64,000 nt of DNA from Candidatus Flemingiibacterium merdigallinarum (GTDB taxonomy: Bacteria > Bacillota > Clostridia > Oscillospirales > CAG-272). Below, in pieces: positions 27,876-36,576 of this stretch (positions are counted from its first letter, which is position 1; each line of letters begins with the position of its first letter). The position numbers and the translations under genes were made by a program. The stretch lies in NCBI GenBank assembly GCA_904386005.1, contig CAJFKR010000001.1:37130-101129 (forward strand). The letters are read 5' to 3'. The notes under the pieces were generated by a model that saw only the letters and a list, made by a program, of their open reading frames with translations, ran no database searches and had not been told where the DNA came from.

Positions 27876-29317
27876 ATGAAAAAGCTGTCTTTGATACTCG
27901 CTCTCGCCGTTCTGGCGTCCGCGGCTCTGTCCTGCGGCGAGACGGTCACACACGAGGTTACTACCCTGACCGACGAGGTTGAGCCAGTCGAAGAAAATCC
28001 CGACCCATTGCCTGAGGATCTGGCTTTCGACGGGCAGACTGTGAACTTCTACTCCTGCGACTATATCTACAATCGCGATTACGCCGTCAACTTCGTCACA
28101 GAGGAGAACGGCGAGGTGCTCAACGACGCGCAGTACTACACCGAGCTGTGGGTAGAGGATCGGCTCGGTATCGAGATTGTCGAAACGCTCGGTCCGGAGG
28201 TGGTCGACGACTTCGACGCCGAAATAAGAAGCCTGATAATGGCGCAGGACACTACCTACGATATATACACGAATATGGACCGCTATATGATAACCGCGGT
28301 CATGAACGGATGTTCATCGCGACCTCCGACCTGCCCTATGTCAATCTCGACGCCGAATACTGGAACCCGAAAGCGACCTCGCGTTTTTCGGTCGGGCACA
28401 AGATCTACTATACAATGACCTCGTTCAATCTCTGCTCGTATTCGAATACAAACGCCATATTCATGAACGCCGATATCGCCGACGAAATGCGGCTTGACGG
28501 CATATACGACCTCGTCCGCGACGGCAAGTGGACTTATGACAAGCTCAAGGAATACGCGCAGGCGGCCTATCGCGACCTCAACGGCAACACCGCCCCCGAC
28601 CTCGGCGACCAGTTCGGCTTCTGCCCCGGCTCGGGCAAAAACGCGTGGGTAAACGCTGTCGTCGGCGCGGGTCTGTCGGACGACATCATGCACAAGGACT
28701 CGAACGATTACTTCGTATACGAGCTGTCCGATAAGATGTACGACGTGCTCGAAATGTACTATAATATGGTACACGAGCAGTATGTGTACAACGGCGAGGG
28801 AGGGGTGAAGTTCGAAGAAACTCCGCATCTGTTCCACGACGGCAAGCTCTCGGATATGCTCGGCTACCGCGAGCTGGAGTTCGATTTCTCGGTGCTGCCG
28901 ATTCCGAAGTATGACGAGAGCCAGGACAGCTACTACTGCCGTACATACGACACCTTCTTTACAATGGCGCCGACCACCTGCACAAAGACCGAGCTGTGCG
29001 GCGCGGCGCTCGAGGCGCTCTCGTACAAGGCGCACACCGACCTGCTTCCGGCGTATATCAACGACACCCTGCAAGTAAAGCTGGTGCGCGACGAGGAGTC
29101 GGCCGAAATGATCCGCATCGCGCTCGACACGCGCACAATCTCACTCGCCGAAGCGTATATGTTCAGCCTGTGGGGCAATTATAATCTGTACAGCAATTAT
29201 ATCTGCGGCACGAACTCCAGTCCCGCCTCCTATATTGATTCGGTCAAAACGCAGACTGAAACGCAGATAGCCGAGATGAACGAGACCTTCAAGGAATTGA
29301 TTGACAGACAGCGGTGA
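27876..29317 (+). pseudogene. Solute-binding lipoprotein, LplA-type (paralog 2), interrupted by a 1-nt deletion near 28310
   Basis: ORFs 27831-28418 and 28148-29317 are the N- and C-terminal parts of one SBP (lipobox LSC). Paralog alignment predicts ...ITAVMNG/MFIATSDLPYVNLDAEYWN. The DNA reads AACGGATGTTC where AAC-GGN-ATG-TTC is needed. Confidence 0.75.
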
Positions 29318-29356
29318 GAAGATAACGCCGACCGTTTCGGGCTGTATATTGTATAT

Positions 29357-29688
29357 TAACGTGAGTTCGATAGAGATACTGCGATACTGTTTGCTCTCAC
29401 TGGGGGAGGCGCCTTTTGAAAAAGGCGCCTCCCCCAGACCCCCTCCGCGAAAACTTTAATAATTTAGGTCAAAACATAATTGTTTATGACTGCGCAGAGA
29501 TTATATATCTGCTTGCTGTTAGAACAACAGAGATGCGCCGCCTTTGGCAGGTTCGTCCGAAGGACGAAACTGCTGGGGCCACTGCTTCCCAACCGGCGGC
29601 TGGTTTCTACGTGGTCGCTTGAAGCTTATATTGTTTGTTCAGTTGATTGCGTAATTACATTGTTATAATTCTCATCGAACTCACGTTA
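29357..29688 (+). repeat. Large structured repeat (family L), copy 4 (reference copy)
   Basis: The termini are TAACGTGAGTTCGAT ... ATCGAACTCACGTTA. It has a perfect 17-bp-stem hairpin CTGGGGGAGGCGCCTTTT-GA-AAAAGGCGCCTCCCCCAG. The GCGCCGCC...GGCGGC pair encloses the hairpin CAGGTTCGTCC-GAA-GGACGAAACTG. Confidence 0.85.
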
Positions 29689-29821
29689 TACGACTATATG
29701 GATGAATCGACTGTGGCAGTGGCGATTCATCTTTAATTCATCTTTACTATTGTCAACGCGCCGCGGGTGGATATGTTCCGCCGCGGGAGATTTGTCACTG
29801 TCCTGCCATATTATATCTACA

Positions 29822-29872
29822 AATTATTCAAAACCACTTGACACCCTATCGCATATATGAGATAATATATAT
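29822..29872 (+). promoter_or_regulatory. Sigma-A-type promoter cassette upstream of the sugar-phosphate isomerase gene
   Basis: AATTATTCAAAACCACTTGACA-N17-GATAATATATATA, with -35 at 29838-29843 and -10 at 29861-29866. It is near-identical in its flanks to 27712-27762. Confidence 0.5.
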
Positions 29873-29905
29873 ACTTAATATTAAGCAAAGAGAGGTATAC
29901 ATAAT

Positions 29906-30820
29906 ATGAAATTTGGAATGAGCGCGTACTGCCTTACTCCGGCTATGGAGCAGGGGCGGATGAGCGTATATGACGTGATCGATTTCGCGAAGGCGCATGG
30001 CTGCGAGCATATCGAGTTCGTGCCGTTCAGCCTGCCGTTTGTCGACCCGCAGAGCTCGAAGCTCAATGAATCGCTCTGCGACAGCGTCCGCGAGAAGTGC
30101 GAGAGCGTCGGGATTGAAATCTCGACCTATTCGGTCAACGCCGACCTTTTGAAGCCGGACATTGCTGACCGCGGACGCGAGATCGAGCGGGTCAAGCGGC
30201 ATATCGACGCCGCCGCGCGGCTGGGACTAAAGCGTATGCGTTATGACACATCGTCGTTCCGCCGCCCGTTCGAGACTAACACGGTCGAAAATTTCTACCG
30301 AGAGCTGCCGATGATGATCGAGGGCATCCGCGAGCTGCACGACTACACAAGCGAGCGCAAAATCACGACCACGCTCGAGAATCACGGCTTCTTTGTCAAC
30401 GGCTCCGACCGCATTCTGCACCTGATACAGTCGACCGGCTTTGACGACATCAAGATGACGCTCGACGTCGGCAACTTCCAGTGCGTGGACGAGGACAGCG
30501 TAGCCGCCGTCAAGAAGTGTCTGCCCTATGCCGAAATCATTCATCTGAAGGATTTCTATGTCCGCAAGAAATCGGCTCTGCCGGGTCAGACCGAGATGTT
30601 CAACTGCAACATGGGCAGCTGGTTCGAGACTATGGGCGGACGTATGCTCCGCGGCTCGATACTCGGTCAGGGCGACCTCGATATCTGGGAGATACTGCGC
30701 GTCGTCAAGGCGTCCGGCTTCGACGGCTATATCTCGCTCGAGTTCGAGGGCATGGAGCCCTGCGAGCAGGGCACCGAAATCTCGCTCGCTATGGCGCGCG
30801 CAATCTGGGAGCGGGTCTGA
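29906..30820 (+). CDS. Sugar-phosphate isomerase/epimerase (xylose isomerase-like TIM barrel)
   Basis: 304 aa. Motifs are typical of the AP_endonuc_2/TIM-barrel family (LENHG, HLKD, ISLEFEG). GAGAGG RBS. Confidence 0.85.
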   Translation: MKFGMSAYCLTPAMEQGRMSVYDVIDFAKAHGCEHIEFVPFSLPFVDPQSSKLNESLCDSVREKCESVGIEISTYSVNADLLKPDIADRGREIERVKRHIDAAARLGLKRMRYDTSSFRRPFETNTVENFYRELPMMIEGIRELHDYTSERKITTTLENHGFFVNGSDRILHLIQSTGFDDIKMTLDVGNFQCVDEDSVAAVKKCLPYAEIIHLKDFYVRKKSALPGQTEMFNCNMGSWFETMGGRMLRGSILGQGDLDIWEILRVVKASGFDGYISLEFEGMEPCEQGTEISLAMARAIWERV

Positions 30821-30867
30821 TTAATAGCGGTCGAGAACATATTGGCGAAATGTTAGTATAATCAAAC

Positions 30868-31296
30868 TAACGTGAGTTCGACGACATACTTTTGATTAAT
30901 ACTGCTATGTTGTTTGTTTTCACTGGGGGAGTGTGCCTACGAGTTGCTGACGCAACTCGGAAAAAGGCACCTCCCCGGCACTTAGGCGAGCTTGCTCGCC
31001 TAAGTGCTGACCCCACACCGCGAAAACTTTAATAATTTAGGGCAAGGCATAGATGATTATAACAACGCAGAGATTATATTACTGCTTGTTGTTTGAAACC
31101 ACAGAGATGCGCCGCACATCGACTTTGCATCTCGGAGAGATGCAAAGTCGTGGCAGGTTCGTCCGCAGGACGAACCTGCTGGGGCCACTGCTTCCCAACC
31201 GGCGGCTGGTTTCTACGTGGTCGTTTGAATCTTATATTGTTTGTTCAGTTGATTGCGTAATTACATTGTTATATAATTCTTATCGAACTCACTTTA
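30868..31296 (+). repeat. Large structured repeat (family L), copy 5 (largest, extra nested hairpins)
   Basis: The termini are TAACGTGAGTTCGAC ... ATCGAACTCACTTTA. Extra hairpins are GAGTTGC-TGAC-GCAACTC, GGCACTTAGGCGAGC-TT-GCTCGCCTAAGTGCT and CGACTTTGCATCTC-GGAG-AGATGCAAAGTCG. It ends 14 nt before the GGAGGA RBS of the next gene. Confidence 0.85.
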
Positions 31297-31322
31297 AATC
31301 ATACACTTTCGGAGGAATACCT

Positions 31323-32774
31323 ATGAAAAACAAGGCAATTTCACTCGTGCTGCTCCTGTCAATGCTGCTCGTGTCGCAGTCCTGCGGCGAGGCTGCCACC
31401 GACGGCGGCGACGCCACCGTCTCCGATGATGTGACCACCGCCGCGCCCGAGACCGACTATATCGAAACGCTTGGAGAAGAGGATTTCGGCGGCGCGGAGT
31501 TCGTGATTTTAGCGCATGAAGCCGAGGCTTTCCCGAACCTCGGCTCGGGCGAGCTGACCGGCGACCCGGTCAACGACGCGCTCTATAAGCGCGAGCAGGA
31601 CATTTCCGAGCTGTACAATGTCACGATTGTACACGACGGTCCGTCCGACCGCGGCGTGCTCAAGAACAACCTACAGAACAGCGTGCTCGCCGGAGACGAG
31701 GCGTACCAGCTCGTCATGACGTCGATGGCAGACGGTATCAACACGCTGATGCCGAACGGTATACTCTATGAACTGAACTCGCTGCCCTCACTCGATTTGT
31801 CGAATGAGTGGTGGAACCAGAATCTAAACCGAAATCTGAATTTTTCGGGCAAGGTGTATACGGCGACCGGACCTATCTGCCGTGTATACTACAACACGCC
31901 GATGGTCACCGCGTTCAACACGCAGCTTTGCGAGAATTACGGCTTCGAGAACCTATACGATGTGGTCGAGTCGGGCAAGTGGACAATAGACAAATTCGGA
32001 GAGCTTATGAAGGTTGGCACCGAGGATTTGAACGGCGACGGAATCTACGACGACACCGACCGCTACGCGCTGCTGCTCGACGACGAGGACGGCAAGGCGT
32101 TATTCGTATCCGCAGGCGGCAAGCTGACCGAAATTGCCGAGGACGGCAGCTATTATCTCGACCTCGCGTCCGAGAAGAATCTGTCGCTGCTCGACCGGCT
32201 CGTCGGCATTTTCGGCGACCGCTCGACGTCATATCATGTGCCGTCGCTCGACGCCACGACCGAGAAGATGTTTATGGAATCGCGGTCGACGTTTGTAATT
32301 ATTTCTATCGGCAACATAATCAGCCACTTCCGCGATATGCAGGCTGACTACGGTATAATCCCGATGCCAAAAGCCGACGAGTCGCAGGAGGACTACATCA
32401 CCTACGGCAACCCGTGGTTCGCGTCCGGAGTCGCGGTGCCGGCGAACTGCTCGACGCCCGAGATGACCGGACTTGTCATGGAAGCGCTCGCGTACATATC
32501 CCACCGCGACCTGGTTCCGGCGATATACGATGTGACCTTACAGGAGAAGCTGACTCGCGACGAAAAGTCAAAGACGATGCTCGACCTTATTTACCGCGAC
32601 ATATACTTCGACTTAAACTCCATTTACAACTTCGGCGACTCTGCGAACAAGCTCCGTCTTGCCGCGGTCGGCAGCGCGACGACTTCATTCGCGACGACCT
32701 GGGCGTCGATTGAGGCGGCGGCGAAATCCGCGCTTAACGAGATAGTCGAAGCCGAAGCCATAGCGGGAGAGTAA
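31323..32774 (+). CDS. Extracellular solute-binding lipoprotein, LplA-type (paralog 3)
   Basis: The start is moved from 31053 to the ATG at 31323 (MKNKAISLVLLLSMLLVSQSC lipobox), which follows GGAGGA. The upstream in-frame stretch is repeat family L. It shares the SBP motifs SNEWWNQ, DLNGDGIYDDTDRY and DYGIIPMPKADE. Confidence 0.85.
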   Translation: MKNKAISLVLLLSMLLVSQSCGEAATDGGDATVSDDVTTAAPETDYIETLGEEDFGGAEFVILAHEAEAFPNLGSGELTGDPVNDALYKREQDISELYNVTIVHDGPSDRGVLKNNLQNSVLAGDEAYQLVMTSMADGINTLMPNGILYELNSLPSLDLSNEWWNQNLNRNLNFSGKVYTATGPICRVYYNTPMVTAFNTQLCENYGFENLYDVVESGKWTIDKFGELMKVGTEDLNGDGIYDDTDRYALLLDDEDGKALFVSAGGKLTEIAEDGSYYLDLASEKNLSLLDRLVGIFGDRSTSYHVPSLDATTEKMFMESRSTFVIISIGNIISHFRDMQADYGIIPMPKADESQEDYITYGNPWFASGVAVPANCSTPEMTGLVMEALAYISHRDLVPAIYDVTLQEKLTRDEKSKTMLDLIYRDIYFDLNSIYNFGDSANKLRLAAVGSATTSFATTWASIEAAAKSALNEIVEAEAIAGE

Positions 32775-33097
32775 AGAAGAGTGGTCTCGGAACTGCCGTA
32801 GGCAGTTCCGAGAGAGTGGAGAGTGGTCTGCCGCGGAGCGGCAGAGAGTGGTCTCCGCCTTCGGCGGAGAGCTGCGGTAGAAAAATTGCCTACGGCAATT
32901 TTTCAAAATTTATAAGAAAACGGCGACATTATAAAGAGACGACTATATTAAAAGAGACGACAACGATAAAAATAGTCGACCGTTTTTTCTGCCGCGGAGC
33001 GGCAGATTCAATCAAAAATTCCCGCAGGGAATTTTTGTACCGCAACTCCTCACTCCTCACTCCTAATTCCTCACTCGAAACACCTCACTCCTAACTC
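32775..33097. repeat. Hairpin-array repeat (family H), two convergent arms
   Basis: The left arm starts right after the stop codon with three GAGAGTGGTC(TC)+hairpin units, then GAGCTGCGGTAG-AAAAATTGCC-TAC-GGCAATTTTT. The right arm in reverse complement has (TTAGGAGTGAGG)n, then GCGGTAC-AAAAATTCCC-TGC-GGGAATTTTT. Confidence 0.85.
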
Positions 33098-33123
33098 AAA
33101 ATTATTAACTACCTGTCGAAAGG

Positions 33124-34248
33124 ATGAATACAATGGCTACAGTTACCGAAACCGCCGCACTCAGCCCGTGCGAGCTTATAATGAAACCGACCGACCCGAA
33201 GTATACCGACGTCACGATCCGCCAGTTCCAAGGCTGCCCGACGATCGCCGCGACGCGCGGCGGGCGGCTGTATGTCGGCTGGTACAGCGGCGGCGTGCGC
33301 GAGCCGCACATCGATAATTTCAACCTGCTTGTATACAGCGACGACTACGGCAAAAGCTGGTCCGAGCCGCTGCTCGTAATCCCGTCGAGCCGCGAGCGGC
33401 TGGTTCACGCGCTCGACATACAGCTCTGGCTGTCGCCCGACGGGCGGCTGCACGTCTACTGGGTGCAGAACAATGTAAAGCCGGCGATAAAAAATCCCGA
33501 CGGCAGCTATGTCTACCCGGGCTACGAGTCGGACGGCTATATCTTCAACGACTTTACACACGCCGAGTGGTGCGTAGTCTGCGACGACCCCGACGCCGAG
33601 AATCCTGTGTTCGGCGAGGCGCGTTACGTCGACCGCGGATTTTTGCGCTGCAAGCCGCTTGTCACGTCGAGCGGGCGTATTCTCAATTTCAACTACGACC
33701 AGATGAGCGAATATTACGGCTACTCGTATTCGGACGACGGCGTCAATTTCACTCACGCCTACGGCGGAAAGAAGCTGCCGACGCCGTTCGACGAGACGAT
33801 GGAGTACGAGCGCCGCGACGGCAGCATCCGTATGCTCGCGCGCACATCGGTCGGATTCGCCGCCGAGAGCATATCATACGACAACGGCAGCAGCTGGACC
33901 GACGGTATCAAGACCGACATCCCGAACGCGAACACGCGCCTATATGTTTCGCGCACGCCGTCCGGACGGGTGATTATGGTCGGCAACGACTCGTCTAAGT
34001 CGCGCTGCCGCATGACCGTATATCTATCGGACGACGACGGCAAAAGCTGGGGTTGCAAGCGCTGCATAGACGAGCGCGAGGCGCTGTCCTATCCCGACGT
34101 CGACTTCCATGACGGCAGGATATATCTTGTCTACGACCGCGAGCGCAGCGGGCAGAACAGCGCGAAGGAGATACTGTTTACGAGCTTTACCGAGGAGGAC
34201 GTCATCTCGGGCGGCAGGATTGACGTCGCGGTTATCAGCAAGCCGTGA
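33124..34248 (+). CDS. BNR/Asp-box repeat protein, sialidase-like glycoside hydrolase
   Basis: 374 aa with Asp-box motifs SDDYGKSWSEP, SDDGVNF, DNGSSWTD and SDDDGKSWG. No signal peptide. The start could be 33124 or 33133. Confidence 0.7.
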   Translation: MNTMATVTETAALSPCELIMKPTDPKYTDVTIRQFQGCPTIAATRGGRLYVGWYSGGVREPHIDNFNLLVYSDDYGKSWSEPLLVIPSSRERLVHALDIQLWLSPDGRLHVYWVQNNVKPAIKNPDGSYVYPGYESDGYIFNDFTHAEWCVVCDDPDAENPVFGEARYVDRGFLRCKPLVTSSGRILNFNYDQMSEYYGYSYSDDGVNFTHAYGGKKLPTPFDETMEYERRDGSIRMLARTSVGFAAESISYDNGSSWTDGIKTDIPNANTRLYVSRTPSGRVIMVGNDSSKSRCRMTVYLSDDDGKSWGCKRCIDEREALSYPDVDFHDGRIYLVYDRERSGQNSAKEILFTSFTEEDVISGGRIDVAVISKP

Positions 34249-34388
34249 TCGAAGCGGGGCGGGTGTGCGGGCAGCGGTCGCGTGTGCGCGGAGAACTTTC
34301 GTGGCGGCGCGGATGTATGGCCTGTCGCGCAGGTGCGAATATAGTGAGCTGCCGCGGCAATTCGAGTATATCGTGATAGGAGACAGTC

Positions 34389-34967
34389 ATGAAATTATTG
34401 CTTATTGTCGCCGCGGTCGCGGCTTTGATAGCTCTGATACCATATCTGCGCATATTTATAAAGCGGCTCGAGCTGTATTTTCGGCTGCGCGGCTATTGCC
34501 GGCGCAAGGGGTTCGCTTTGCAGCCGACGCACACATTCTGGATGTTCGGCTCGAGGCGAGGCAGGAGGTGCGACTTCTATATTGTCAGCGACTTCGCCGT
34601 ATATTCGGTCAAGCTCTGGGCGATGAGGAGCTACCACACCGAGCTGCATTTCACCGAAGACGGCAGCTATTTCGTGCGCGGCTATATAGCGTTTGCCGCC
34701 GGACTCCTGTCGAGGATTCCGGTCGACTCAAAACGACGGCGGCTTCACGTCTGCGACTTCAGACCGGATTTTCGCGACGAGTGGTATATTAAGCCGTTTT
34801 ATCCGGTGCTGCTTATCAATCCGACCTGCTATGAGTTCAGATACAACACAAACGACGGCGAGACGGTCGTCGGCGCGGGCGAAATGCTGCACGGTATGTA
34901 TATCTACACGCTGTCGCGGCTGCTTGGCGAGCTTGATTCTATCGAGCAGGGCATGAATTGGAGGTGA
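34389..34967 (+). CDS. Hypothetical membrane-anchored protein, first gene of the MutS-like operon
   Basis: 192 aa with an N-terminal TM helix LLLIVAAVAALIALIPYL. RBS is TAGGAGA. The stop lies 4 nt before the next start. No recognised family. The strand pattern CDFYIVSDFAVYSVKLW weakly resembles a D...(E/S)xK nuclease-fold core. Confidence 0.5.
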   Translation: MKLLLIVAAVAALIALIPYLRIFIKRLELYFRLRGYCRRKGFALQPTHTFWMFGSRRGRRCDFYIVSDFAVYSVKLWAMRSYHTELHFTEDGSYFVRGYIAFAAGLLSRIPVDSKRRRLHVCDFRPDFRDEWYIKPFYPVLLINPTCYEFRYNTNDGETVVGAGEMLHGMYIYTLSRLLGELDSIEQGMNWR

Positions 34968-34971
34968 CTGT

Positions 34972-36576
34972 ATGCGGTCATTTCTGCCGTATGACCGCGG
35001 CGTGACGATACCCGACCGCGTCTTTGAGGATTTGCAGACAAGGCGGATCTTTCCAGAGCGCGCCGTCAGAATCCTGAAATATCCCTGTAGACCCGAGACT
35101 CTGCGGCAACGTCAGCGGCTGTTCCGGCTGCTGCTGTGCGGCGAGTTTTGCGAGCGGTTCGAGCGTTTTCACGTGTCGCTGTCCGAGCTGCGCAGGCTCG
35201 ACGAAAGATTCAAGGCGAGTGCCGAAAATTCGGTGGTGCGCGGTCTTGCCGCGGCACAGCTTATCGAAAAATACCTCTCGGTCAAAGCCGAACTTCTCGA
35301 GCTTTGTCGCTTCGACAAGTCCGACGGCTGTAAATCGTCAGATGATGAGCCGTCCGGCGGCACGTGGTGCGACCGGCTGCTTGACCTGTGGAGCGATGAG
35401 GACGAGTCGATACGCGAGCGGCTCAATGCCTGCCGTCCGGCGATAGAATCGATCAAGAGCTTCGGACTGTCGCTGCAAGGCAAAAGCTGGATTGTACCAC
35501 TGCCGGACGGCGAGACCTATTCGGAACAGCTCTGCCGTTTGGCGGAGTCGCTCGGATTCAAGCTTTCGCCGCGAAACACGCGCGAGACCGCGCTCGATTC
35601 GGCGCTCGACGACGCAATCTGCCGCTTGTATCCCGAGGAGACATCGCGGCTGAAAGAACTTGCTTCGTTATGCTCTGATAAAGGCAATACGGACATCACG
35701 GCGCAAAGCTGCGCGGGCGACACGACGCAAAGCTGCGCTGACAGCTCGAATTTCTCACTGCGCGAAGCTATCGATACACTTGTCGGATATATCGACGAGA
35801 CGGCGTTCTGTCTCGAGGTCGCCGGATTCGTGCGCTCGGCGGCGGCAAAGGGGATCGAATACTGCTTTGCGCGCATTTCGACCGAGCGCGAGTATATCGC
35901 CGATTCACTGTACGACGTCACACTGCTCGCACAGAACGTTGTAAATATAGTGCCGAACGATGTGTATTTCGACGAGAGCGAGCGGTTTTACTTTTTAGTC
36001 GGCGCGAACGGCGGCGGTAAGACGACCTACCTGCGCGCGATCGGTCAGAATCTGCTGCTGTTTCTGTGCGGCGCGCCGGTATTCGCGTCGTCGGCGTCGA
36101 TATACCCGTTCCGTCACCCTGAGACGGTATTTGCCGATTCGTGTGACGGCGATGTCATACGCGAACGTTTATCTGAAATATTGCCGGACAGCTTTCTTTT
36201 GCTCAATGAAATCTACAGCTCGCTTGACGAGGAGCGAGGACTCGCATACGCGCTCGACTGCGCGGCAAGGCTTAGTAGGGCTGGCAGCTTCGGACTGTTC
36301 GTGACGCATTTCTACGGCGTCAGACAATCGGGGCTGCCGCTGCTCGAAACGCTGACCGCGGATGATAATACATCCGACCGCGCCGTGTCTGACCACGCTG
36401 CGTCCGACCGCGCCGCGTCCGGCGACACCGGCAGTGTGCGCACCTATAAAATCGTCCGTGCCACCGGTACGGCGAGCTCGCACGCGCTCGATATACTGAA
36501 AAAATACCGGCTTGACCCCGAATCATTGCGCGTGAGAATGAAAGCCATGCGTCAAAGGGAGGGTGGCGATGAATAA
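34972..36576 (+). CDS. MutS-related ABC ATPase A (MutS domain III/V only; Walker B D-to-N)
   Basis: 534 aa. Walker A is LVGANGGGKTTYLRAIG (compare MutS GPNMGGKST). Walker B is SFLLLNEIYSSLD (N replaces D). The C-terminus is YKIVRATGTASSHALDILKKYRL (compare MutS YKL..G.A..S.G..VA). There is no mismatch-binding domain I and no Smr domain. RBS TGGAGGTG. Confidence 0.7.
   Translation: MRSFLPYDRGVTIPDRVFEDLQTRRIFPERAVRILKYPCRPETLRQRQRLFRLLLCGEFCERFERFHVSLSELRRLDERFKASAENSVVRGLAAAQLIEKYLSVKAELLELCRFDKSDGCKSSDDEPSGGTWCDRLLDLWSDEDESIRERLNACRPAIESIKSFGLSLQGKSWIVPLPDGETYSEQLCRLAESLGFKLSPRNTRETALDSALDDAICRLYPEETSRLKELASLCSDKGNTDITAQSCAGDTTQSCADSSNFSLREAIDTLVGYIDETAFCLEVAGFVRSAAAKGIEYCFARISTEREYIADSLYDVTLLAQNVVNIVPNDVYFDESERFYFLVGANGGGKTTYLRAIGQNLLLFLCGAPVFASSASIYPFRHPETVFADSCDGDVIRERLSEILPDSFLLLNEIYSSLDEERGLAYALDCAARLSRAGSFGLFVTHFYGVRQSGLPLLETLTADDNTSDRAVSDHAASDRAASGDTGSVRTYKIVRATGTASSHALDILKKYRLDPESLRVRMKAMRQREGGDE

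Noticed and set aside
28148-28310. Start of the second SBP-paralog-2 ORF as an independent gene start
   Set aside because: The region overlaps the first ORF in another frame and has no RBS. Homology to the paralogs begins only after the frameshift point. It was treated as one disrupted gene.
31053-31322. 90-codon extension of SBP paralog 3, and stand-alone ORFs 17947-18165 and 29480-29668 inside family-L copies
   Set aside because: The conserved nucleotide blocks are read in different frames in different copies. For example, CCCAACCGGCGGCTGG is PNRRL in one copy and the equivalent is HTAAR in another. The hairpin insertions are not multiples of three. Conservation is therefore at the nucleotide or structure level, not the protein level.
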